The position numbers and the translations under genes were made by a program. Below are positions 1 to 10,312 of a stretch of 64,000 nt of DNA, piece by piece. The stretch lies in NCBI RefSeq assembly GCF_964355755.1, contig NC_092680.1:7688001-7752000 (forward strand), written 5' to 3'. The number at the start of each line of letters is the position of its first letter. Positions within the stretch are counted from its first letter, which is position 1. This stretch comes from Antedon mediterranea (Eukaryota > Animalia > Echinodermata). The notes beneath the pieces are model-generated. The model made no database searches. It had not been told where the DNA came from and saw nothing but the letters and a program-made list of their open reading frames with translations.

Positions 1-1070
1 TTCGGCTATTATAATCCACCATCATACCAGTTTTTTTATAAATATACATAAGTGATTTTTGTAATGTAGCCATAATTAATATACCATTCACAACTAAAGG
101 AGTGTTTTTTCCATAGACAGGGATTTACTTCATCATTGAATTGCAATTTACAGTAATTTAAATTGAACTTTATCATCACATTTTATCAACATCAATATCA
201 GGATCATCAATATAACAAAAAATGGAATTATCATTGTCATTATTGTCACCACCAATTAACCAATTAAAGTACTTTATATTAACATCGATATAATATCATC
301 GTCATTATTGTCACCACCAATCAGAGTACTTTATATCAAATTTTATCATTACATTTTAATCAACATCAAAATCAGGATCATAATATCGTCATCATTATTA
401 TCATCCTCATTATTGTCACTATCATTTTTCTCATTTTGATTGTTAGTATCATCAACATCACATCCTGATTACACTTTCAAAATCTCATCATTTCAAATTT
501 ATTTGTTCATAATGAAATCTATTTTTGTGCATTTATGACAGCACGTTGCTTTGGGTTTTGTAGAATGTCAATCCACTGATTAAAAAGCTAAAATGACATA
601 CTGTAGCATGGAGCATGTGTTGTATTTCTGCTATTGCCTTGTGTAATAGTGTAAATTGTCGAGAGACCATTTTCGACATTTAGTACTATATAATTTGTTC
701 TTGTAATTTAAATCTTAATGTAAACAAATAACCAGCATATAAAAATGTATTATGCATCATAATTTGTGTAATGTGTTAGGTATCGCTATGTTTTCTAGTG
801 TTACATGGAGCCTAGTGTATTTGAAACCATAACAAATCGTATTATATTATATATTTATATTTCCTAAAAATTGAAACATGTACAATTCAAACTAACATAA
901 AGTAAAAAAGCTTTCTAAGAAACATTTTTTTTTATTAATAACACTAATAATAATAATAAATAATAATATCAAAAACATTTAAATCTACTCAAAACATTTT
1001 TGGTAAATGATAGCAAATGAAAATAAGTTTGAAATAATATGAATAATATTGTATTGGTTACACATTGCAG

Positions 1071-1181
1071 GTCAAGGGTCAGGAGCTGCAAAATCATCTT
1101 CTAAGGTTGTGTTAGTATATTTCCTTGGTGGATGTACATTTGCTGAAATAGCTGCTCTTCGTCTTCTAGGTGCAATGAAAG
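1071..1181 (+). CDS. VPS33B: VPS33B (Sec1/Munc18 family) penultimate coding exon
   Basis: Acceptor ttgcag ends at 1070 and donor gtaagt starts at 1182, both phase 1. Encodes GQGSGAAKSSSKVVLVYFLGGCTFAEIAALRLLGAMK, the SM-family C-terminal FLGGxTxxEIxALR motif. GGCTF followed by KGY-F fits the VPS33B C-terminus ([24 protein letters not shown]) better than VPS33A. Confidence 0.9.
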
Positions 1182-1190
1182 GTAAGTACA

Positions 1191-1698
1191 TTTCCATGCG
1201 CAATGGAGTTTTAAAGTGGAGTACAGTGAGGTCCTTGGCTCGTAGGTGTTATGTCAGAGTGTCCTTCTCCTAGAAGAATTGCCGTAATCACGGCTAACGA
1301 GCTTCATCTGCCCAGGTTTGGAATCAGAGTTTCCTTCTCTTAGCCTTTGCTTCATGAGCTTTATCTGCAAGGCAGCGGGTGGTTGGTTAGTGAGTGCCAG
1401 GACGTGTCCAGACGCCGGTGGGCCTGCACACTGCACCTCTGGGGCCCAACCTACTCCGAGATCCCTCACATCCTTGCCTGGGGCCGCAAGGCGCCAGTTT
1501 ACCATGGTGTGCCACGAGGAGGCGGAATGAGAGTCTTGACTTAGCAGAAGCTATATACCATCAGGAAGGACTTACGCACTCGGCCTTCTTTGCACTCAGA
1601 TGAGTTAGGTGGCGGCTGCAGCTGAAAGCGAGAAGCAAAAGCAACTACACTACGCTGCAGCACTAGACGCTATACTAAGCCCTGTGTAAAAGCACCAC
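1191..1698 (-). mobile_element. RTE-clade retroelement 5' region / non-autonomous derivative in the VPS33B intron
   Basis: GC-rich island in an AT-rich intron. The minus strand carries two copies of a (CTA)GGAGAAGGA.ACTCTGA(TTCCAAACC) motif (1254-1273, 1316-1343) that I recognise from RTE 5' UTRs, plus an HDV-like ribozyme core. No TSD seen. Confidence 0.6.
1464..1698 (-). ncRNA. Candidate HDV-like self-cleaving ribozyme (possibly degenerate)
   Basis: Minus strand: P1 GUGGUG (1698-1693) pairs with CACCAU (1509-1504, G-U at position 1). P3/L3 is GCC-UCCUCGU-GGC (1523-1511). P1.1 GG is at 1503-1502. P4 is CUGG-C-GCC-UUGC-GGC-C-CCAG (1497-1478). J4/2 is GCAA, then GGAUG pairs with upstream CAUUC (P2). 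Confidence 0.55.
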
Positions 1699-1699
1699 A

Positions 1700-3080
1700 C
1701 CAGTATTCAACCAGTATTCAACCCTGGCCTACTGCCAGTGTTCAATCCTGACCTACTGTACTGCCAGAATTCAATCCTGACCTACTGTATTGCCAGTATT
1801 CAATCCTGACCTATTGTACTGCCAGTATTCAATCCTGACCTAGTGCCAGTATTCAATCTTGACCTACTGCCAGTATTCAATCCTGACCTACACTGTACTG
1901 CCAGTATTCAATCCTGACCTAGTGCCAGTATTCAATCTCGACCTACTGCCAGTATTCAATCCTGACCTACAGTGTACTGCCAGTATTCAATCCTGACCTA
2001 ATTCCAGTATTCAATCCTGACCTACTGCCATTATTCAATCCTGACCTACTACTAGTATTTAGTTCTGACCGACTGCTAGTATTTAATCCTAAACCTACTA
2101 CCAGTATTCAATCCTGATCTTCTGTCAGTATTCAATCCTGACCTACTACCAGTATTTAATCCTGACCTACTGCCAGTATTTAATCCTAAACCTACTGCCA
2201 GTATTCAGTCCTGACCTAGTGCCAGTATTCAATCCTGACCTACTACCAGTATTTAATCCTGACCGACTGCCAGTATTTAATCCTAAACCTACTGCCAGTA
2301 TTCAGTCCTGACCTACTGCCAGTATTCAATCCTGACCTAGTGCCAGTATTCAATCCTGACCCACTGCCAGTATTCAATCCTGACCTACTACCAGTATTCA
2401 ATCCTGACCTACTGCCAGTATTCAATTGCAACCTACTGCCAGTATTCAATTGCGACCTACTGCCAGTATTCAATCCTGACCTACTGTACTGCCAGTATTC
2501 AATCCTGACCTAGTGCCAGTATTCAATCCTGACCTAGTGCCAGTATTCAATCCTGACCTACTGCCAGTATTCAATTGCAACCTACTGCCAGTATTCAATT
2601 GCGACCTACTGCCAGTATTCAATCCTGACATACTGCCAGTATTCAATCCTGACCTAGTGCCAGTATTCAATCCTGACCTAGTGCCAGTATTCAATCCCGA
2701 CCTACTGCCAGTATTCAATTCTGACCTAGTGCCAGTATTCAATCCCAACCTACTGCCAGTATTCAATCCTGACCTACTGCCAGTATTCAATCCTGACCTA
2801 CTGCCAGTATTCAATTCTGACCTACTGCCAGTATTCAATCCTGACCTAGTGCCAGTATTCAATCCTGACCTAGTGCCAGTATTCAATCCTGACCTACTGC
2901 CAGTATTCAATTGCGACCTACTGCCAGTATTCAATCCTGACCTAGTGCCAGTATTCAATTGCAACCTACTGCCAGTATTCAATCCTGACCTAGTGCCAGT
3001 ATTCAATCCTGACCTAGTGCCAGTATTCAATCCTGACCTACTGCCAGTATTCAATCCTGACCTACTGCCAGTATTCAATC
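1700..3080. repeat. 24-bp minisatellite, about 55 copies (ctgccagtattcaatcctgaccta)
   Basis: Direct tandem array with variants (agtgcc, ttgcaa, ttgcga). It generates the NTGSRSGL / PVFNPDLL repeat ORFs. Confidence 0.97.
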
Positions 3081-3661
3081 TCAACGTAATGCTAAGGTTC
3101 ATTCCCAATCTAATGCCAGGCTTGGTGCCACGGTTGTACTATCAACTACTGTACTATTGTTTTTTAGTATTAATGTTTTCTGTTGCGGTTAGGTCTGATA
3201 GAATATAGTTGCTTTATATTTTTCTGAATTCCAAAGACTCTTTGGTTAAAGGTTATTTTAAATAGTATGTGAAGCAGATAATATCTGTATTATTAAATAT
3301 TACACACATTTTAAATTTTACATAGCACATTAGGGACCAGTTAAAGTTTTAATAAAGTAGTCTCTTAAGTGCTATCCAAGTTTTTAATAGTCAATATCTG
3401 TATGTGCAAATGTCAGAATTCTATTAAACTATTTAATCTTTTAATCAATAAAGCATCTTGGAACACATTATGTGTTTATCAACAGACCATTTCTGTAGAA
3501 AATGAATTTGTCATTAAATTGATATTTCATCTTAAACCTTAATCGACAATGTAATGATTGAATTTATTATGTGTAGAATTACCTTGTAAAAGTATGAAAT
3601 ATTGTTTAACCCTTGCCTGACTATGATATTGTTTTGTTTCGTTTGCTTTTTTAAAATATAG

Positions 3662-3750
3662 GATACAAGTTTATGTTTGCCACTACATCTATTATGAACG
3701 GTAACACTCTAATCGATTCTATGATAGATAATGGAAAAGGGAAAAGCTGA
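3662..3750 (+). CDS. VPS33B: VPS33B last coding exon
   Basis: Pyrimidine tract plus atag acceptor (AG at 3660-3661). Joining to 1181 in phase 1 gives G-YKFMFATTSIMNGNTLIDSMIDNGKGKS-stop (TGA 3748-3750), the typical VPS33 terminal 'TT.I.NG..L' segment. Confidence 0.9.
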
Positions 3751-5415
3751 GAATAATTGGTCTTCTTTAAGGTAATCCATCTTATTTTAATTAAATTATT
3801 TATAAGATAATGACATTAATAGTAATAATTGAACATTGAATGTGTAGTAGACATTATTAGTTTATTGAATTCTCATATTTTAAAATACAAAAAGTACTGC
3901 CTTTAAACATTGGCTGCTAAAACAGCCTTGCAGACACTATTGCGTTATGGCACTTTCTTGCTGACGCAACTCATTGACTGCTTGTGTCGCAAGGTCAATT
4001 TCATCCTTTCCTCTTCTATATTCCACCGTCCATCTTTCCTTCCCTCCCTCTCTTCCACCATCCATTCTGTCTCGCTTTCCCTCCTCCCACTTTCTAAAAT
4101 TCATGCAAAAGCAATGAATAGTTATTTTAACTCCTACTATTAATTATAAAAGTTTAAACACGTAGTTTACTAATGAATCAAATCTCTAATTCTTTTTTCC
4201 CACGATGATCTTACCAACTATATCTTGTGGTTACTTATTTCCAATTTTGTTTTAAGTAGTATAAGTGTGGGTTATGGTAATGTTGTAAGTTTAAAAGATA
4301 AACCGCTCTTCATTTGATTACCAAAGAATCAATCAAATAAAAATTAACCACCTACAGTAGGACATTTTAAATATGTAAAATTCTGTCCATATCTACGACT
4401 GCGTTTTTTAGTGAAAGAGAGACACAAAACCGGACTATTTCTGTATTGCCAATAAATAGCATAAAGGCAATTTTACTGATAATATCTATGTACAGTATTT
4501 GAATAATAATGTATTGCCAATTTCTTATATCATCAGGAACTTAACTATGTATAATTAGTTTTGAATTGTAATCTACGAATTATAGACTTAAAGTATTAAG
4601 CATATAACTCTTTAAAGTCAGATTGTCACATCAGGGAGATGTATTTGTACATGTCCCTGGTCACATGTCATTGGCATCATCAATTTCTGAGCGTTGAATT
4701 TGTATAACGACATAATACTTCTGAAATCTGCAATTGCTTGCATAACCCTATTTGTACAGGTGTGTTTGAAAGGCCAAAGCTGTGTAATTATCAGATATTG
4801 TGTTTTGTCCAGTATATGTCTTCCTAGCAAATAGAAAGGTTGAATTGTGATGTATACGTGGGCTTTGTAAGCAGTAGTGTCTGTGTAAGGTCATGCTGAT
4901 ACAGTACATTTCTGGAAAAAGGCGAAAACAATTCACGCCCTTTTTTTATAGATCTATTTAGTTACAACTTACATTGGTTGAATTAAAACGTACAGTAAAA
5001 TATTTTTTACTTGCCTAAGGCATGGTAATAGAATAATAATGAATGAGACTTTGGAATCTGTAGTTGTCTAGGGTACAGTGGCTTTTCTTCAATCCATCAA
5101 TGTTCAATATTTTGTTCTATTTATTTTTTTGAATTAAAGATATTCCCAGTTTAATCTCTAATTATTTAGGTTTACGTGTACTTTTTTTTAGTATTTTAAA
5201 CAGTATTTTTTGCATGGCAGTTGACTCGTCCTTTAGACAATGTTTAGACATATGCTACAGAATTCTCAGCTGGATAATATTGCCATACTAATTAGTACCA
5301 CATGTTTTACATTACTTCATCATTATGATATTGTAACTTTGTAGAGACAATACAACTAATTTGCCTGACGTCATTAAGGTTAATTTTACATTTATGAATC
5401 CTTAAATTGATCATT

Positions 5416-7181
5416 AGAGAGGTTTCGCAATCTTACGAATACGATAACGAAAACGGATTTGTCACGCACACGTATTCGTTTTCGTAAGTCAGTAAAAATC
5501 TGTTTCGCATGGCAACGAAATATTGAGGGCGCCATCCAAAATATGACTGCGGTAAATTTGAGCGAAGCGCAGGTACGTGTCGCTTGGTGCTTGGCTGCCT
5601 AGTCCTAGCGTAACATCAAAGCAAGTGAGGACTTGAAAAAATGCTATTTATCAAAATTGACCTGGCATTTTAGTAAATTACTTTAGTAAATTACTTTAAA
5701 CTAGATGGTACGCTCGCTTCGCTCGCTTACCATCTAGGTCGTGCCCACAGATGGTTCTCGAATACACAGTAATTTCAGCGTAACAAAACTGGCGATTTCA
5801 AATGTACGTACCGCAGGACTATAATACATTGTCGTTTACAGAAACGAATAAATAGACACGATGATTTATGTAGTCAACTAAAATTAGCACCCTGGGAATT
5901 ACTTCCGAAGGAGAAACTTATCACAAAATGAGTCCAAATTTTTGATTTGGACTCATTTAAAGAAACCCAATTTGTGTTTTGTATGTAACATTAGGGTTGA
6001 GGGATGGGAAAGCGGATAGGTACAAAGAGGAACAATTTTTAAATATATTCTTTATCCACTCAGTAACGAAATATTTTTTTCATGTTTTATAGGCCTATAA
6101 ATAATATACCTCTAAATAAAGTAAAACATTTGCGATTTAATACTTTGTTAATACAGTCACTGTCATAATCGATTGAAATATTAAAGTACATGTCACGATA
6201 CACCACTACGACGTTTATATTATTGGTAATTATTAATTAATACAAACGTTGAGAAGGAACTGTCAGTATAAAGTTTATTTGTATATAATAATGTGTGTAT
6301 ATATCAGTAGAGCCTATCCACAATCTCAGTAATAAAGTTTATTTGTATATATTTTTATATTACATCTAACAGTATGAACATTCACAGTAAGAAATGTTCG
6401 ATTCAAATGACGACCAAAAATAGTTAATAGGTATTTACAGTATTGTCAAAGTATTGCAAGTTTATTCTCAAAGGGCCCATATATTTACCTACCGTATGTG
6501 TTAAACCAAGGGCTCATAAATTTACCTACTTGTGTTAAACCAAACTCTGGGATGTTCCATTCATCGCAAATCAATACATTAGTATAATCGTATATTAAAT
6601 CTATCAAAATAGTATTTTTTAAAGAAAATCGGCCTGTCTTCAACATTATGATGCTGTACTCTAGCTGTTCAACCAGTTTTCAGCTATTAAAAACAATTAT
6701 CGTAGGAGGAGATAGGAAAATGCGAAGCCTCCTCGCATTTTTGTGGCGGGTATTTTTCAAGATGGACATCCATTAGACAGTGTATACCACGATCGGAAAA
6801 CACCCCTATTTGGGGCAAATCGTTGAACCTAAATTCGTTTTAATCGTCAATAACTAATTACCTAACTCAATTTAATTAGTAAACAGGGTTACGTCAGATG
6901 GTTAAAATCAGTACCGAAAGTATGAACCAACTTTATATACCATCGAGTAAAAATTCTATAAATTAACCGAGATTTATCGAATTTTGCCCTTACGTAAATT
7001 TATATATAGATAAATCTATAATTATATTATCAAATATCAAAAACTATACTCGTTTTGTAGTTACGAAGTTACGAACACGAAAACGCTTTACGAATATGAA
7101 ATGGGGATCAGCTCAAAAGTTTCACAAATGCGTGACGTATCCGTTTTCGTTATCGTATTCGTAAGGTTGCAAAACCTCTCT
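5416..7181. mobile_element. Non-autonomous TIR element (PIF/Harbinger-like) hosting a Helitron
   Basis: About 53-bp imperfect TIRs AGAGAGGTTTCGCAATCTTACGAATACGATAACGAAAACGGAT... / ...ATCCGTTTTCGTTATCGTATTCGTAAGGTTGCAAAACCTCTCT. ATT on both flanks (5413-5415, 7182-7184) is a 3-bp TSD. Confidence 0.85.
5701..7010 (-). mobile_element. Non-autonomous Helitron, copy 1
   Basis: On the minus strand it starts A|TCTATATATAAA (7010) and ends CTAG|T (5701), with a subterminal hairpin ctagatggta...taccatctag around gcgagcgaagcgagc. No TSD. Near-identical inverted copy at 10313-13006. Confidence 0.88.
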
Positions 7182-7400
7182 ATTAGCTTCATATTAACCA
7201 GGATTACACAATCAGGTAAAAAACCTGTTTTACATTGTCATAAAAAGTAAATTGGGGAAGTTTATAGTAAAAATGAGGAATATCTAACTTTAAATGAAGC
7301 AATTGTTGGAGAATACTTAATTTCAGTAGGTTATTCCATATTTTTGCGCCTGCAACTTTCAACGATGAGTTCATCTTAATAATGTTATAGTAAGGTATTG

Positions 7401-7453
7401 TTATTAGGTTATATGCATGATATGCATATAACCTCTTGATTCTGTCAAAATCT

Positions 7454-7492
<39 letters not shown>

Positions 7493-8900
7493 TTCTTTCC
7501 TTAGCACTATTTGTCCGTGAATTATCTTGGCATCAGTTTCATCTATCTAAGTCATTTTTTCAGAGTATATTCCTTATGGCCAGGAATCGATGTGGTTATG
7601 TTTTCACGATGCGCAATCAAAAATTACGCGGTCTACGCGCGATTTAACGAAATCACGTTTGTAATCATATCTTCACAAACATGAATCACTTTTAAACAAA
7701 ATTTGGTACTCATAAATTTCAGGTCATATTTCATCATATGGCAATACAATTACGTGCGTAGCGCATATAACGCATGCGTACGCGCGCTTAAAATGTTGAA
7801 AATTGTCAGAATTTATTTTCGATGAAATTAGAGTACGTTTCAGGCAATTTTAAGCGTTTAAAAAATTGCCATGAGTGCGCAGATTTTTGCACGCGCACTG
7901 CGCGTCAAACGTTAATGCGCACTGTTTGTGTCCGATTACTGTTGTATAACCTTTCTTTAATAATATCATCATATTTTATTCACTTTTCAACGCGAAACAG
8001 CGTTATACGAGCACGTCAAAAGTGACGGGCTACGCACGTGTAAGTTAACAAAATGGTGAAAATATGCTAAATTTTAAAATTAATATATATCGTTAGAATG
8101 CTCGGGAACACCTATTTTTTATTTAATTTTCTTGAAGTGTATGTATCATATGTATGATTTATTATGAAATTAGAAGAACAAAAGTTGATTAAGTCATCAT
8201 TAATGGCATATTAAATTTAACAAAATTAATTTCGACAATCAAACAAATTATAACATTTTCTTAGGCCAAAATAACAAACTTAACGTTAACTTTCTTCCTT
8301 AAGAAGTTCATATATTAAAGTTAAAAGTATATAGTTTGACAGTGCATCATTTTTTTTAATTTTTAAAGATGTCATCATAGTAAAACATTATAATTCATTG
8401 CGGTATGTAATAATCTATCTGCACCAAAGTGGTTACTGCATAGTAAATACACGGAGGAATCTTTCCATAACTTTTAGTCAGTTGTGTATGGCTCGGTGGT
8501 CTTTGCTCGTGTCTATAGCATTCAAGTACCGAGATAGAGTCTCACCTTAGGAAACGAAACAAAATAAGTTTTTTTTTATTATCCGTATTGTTTGTTCAAA
8601 TTTATTTCTTAGTGTATAGATTATACACATGATTTATAATGAAATCTAGATAAAAATTAACTTATGTCTTTATTATTATGTAACAACAAATGTGGTTTAT
8701 GACATTATACGCATATGGATCTTTGATCGGATTGTGATACCGGCTATGGTGTTCGCGTTAGCAAGGTCCTATCATATATTATAAATAATTAAAGATTCTG
8801 AGAAAATCAATCAATCAATATATATTTTAAAAATCAATTATCTTTATTTAAATCAATGCATATAACCTATAATTCGTCATAGTGACGAATTAAATCTAGT
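7401..8900 (+). mobile_element. Helentron-associated element (HINE/DINE-1-like)
   Basis: 5' subTIR aggttatatgcat (7406-7418), its adjacent inverted copy (7422-7434), (ttta)n at about 7453-7495, 3' subTIR atgcatataacct (8856-8868), stem-loop aattcgtca-tag-tgacgaatt (8871-8891), and a CTAG end. Confidence 0.8.
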
Positions 8901-9217
8901 ATTTACTATTGGTGTTCTACTCCACATGTTAAGTGGGTATGAATATCGCCAACCAGCTCAATTAAACATGTTCAATTTGTTATGTTGCATTAACCCTTCC
9001 AATACCACATTGCTTTTTGTTATACAGTAGTTCAGTGTGTAGTCATTCATAATTTGTATGACTTGGATATTGTCCAACTAAGTGATTGTTAATACTTATG
9101 GTCTATCTGATAAATCATGCAATTATTACATTGATGTTATAGATATTTTCTGTCCTACACTGGATGTAAACATTATTGAGAAAAACCCAATTATGATTTT
9201 CTTATGTTCCTTATAGG

Positions 9218-9359
9218 ATACAGTACTACTAAAAGGGCATCTTCGGGACCGAAAAAGGGTTTTATTAGGGCTGCCTACGGTGTTAAAATATGTATGGCTC
9301 CTTGTTCATTTTACAGAAAACTGTCCCCTTAGAGGTCCCATAGGAGGGGTTCATTTGTA
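9218..9359. mobile_element. Degenerate Tc1/mariner-type MITE relic
   Basis: tacagta start, ...tgta end, and internal gggacc / gtcccc / aggggttca motifs. Strongly decayed. Confidence 0.3.
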
Positions 9360-10312
9360 TCTTTCTTGTCCGGCTAGCTTTCATATGTATGGCTATAATA
9401 GTAGTAATATTCTATCAACAATCAATCTTTATTTTCCTTAAGAAAACAATATCAGATTTAAGAAGAATGACGTACAACAAAAACAAAGCCTGATAAATGT
9501 TGTAATACCTTACGATAACAACACACAAAACAAATATTGAAAAATAAATATTCACAATTTGCATTCTGAAATAAACACCTACCCACTCTAGTGTATGTAT
9601 AGCTAAAATAAACAATACACCGAGTAATACATGATACAAAGTTACAGTAGCTTAATCAATTAAATAATTGAATGTGCTTAGAAATCTGTGTAACAGAAAT
9701 TGATGGGTCTGTAAATAAGCCTGTACCCATAATTGTATACAGTTTTTCTGAGGCAAAAAACGTCTAGTTTGGCTTATTTACCATCACTTCCATCCAATGC
9801 TAGTCACAGCTTAAAAAGGCCACCCCAGAAAAAAAAAGTAGGGGAGAGAAAGGGAATTGGGTTATGGCTATGTTCTCTTCATCAATGGTTGGTTTGACTG
9901 CTTGTTTTCATCATGAACAAACATCAGCTCATCTTGTGTTGTAAAGAAAGTAAATAAATAAAATTGAATAGTAATTGTAATTTAGTAGTAACACACAACA
10001 CACAATTGTTATTGTCATTGTTAAAAACATTGTCCCCACCTCAATATTAATGACATAAAATTAGTTGTTCTAAATCCTGATTTACTAACTACTGTAGATA
10101 TACCAATATATTAATTAAGTCTAGCAAATTAAGTGAAATACCGAATTATTGATACACTATAAGATATAACTAATCTACTAAATACCAAGAAGTCAAATAA
10201 TATTTGTACTTTCCCTATCCAATTGACAAAATATAGCTTTCATTGCTCTTGGTCTATGCTTTTAATGACTAGGCCTAACCTACCACTACTAGATAAGTGT
10301 TTATGTAATGTA

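Noticed and set aside
1182-1273. Continuation of ORF 1049-1273 beyond MKG (and the SK ORF beyond 46518)
   Set aside because: Read-through into introns past consensus donors. Family similarity stops at the donor.
2243-3208. Long ORFs of NTGSRSGL / PVFNPDLL repeats on both strands
   Set aside because: By-product of a stop-free 24-bp minisatellite inside the VPS33B intron.
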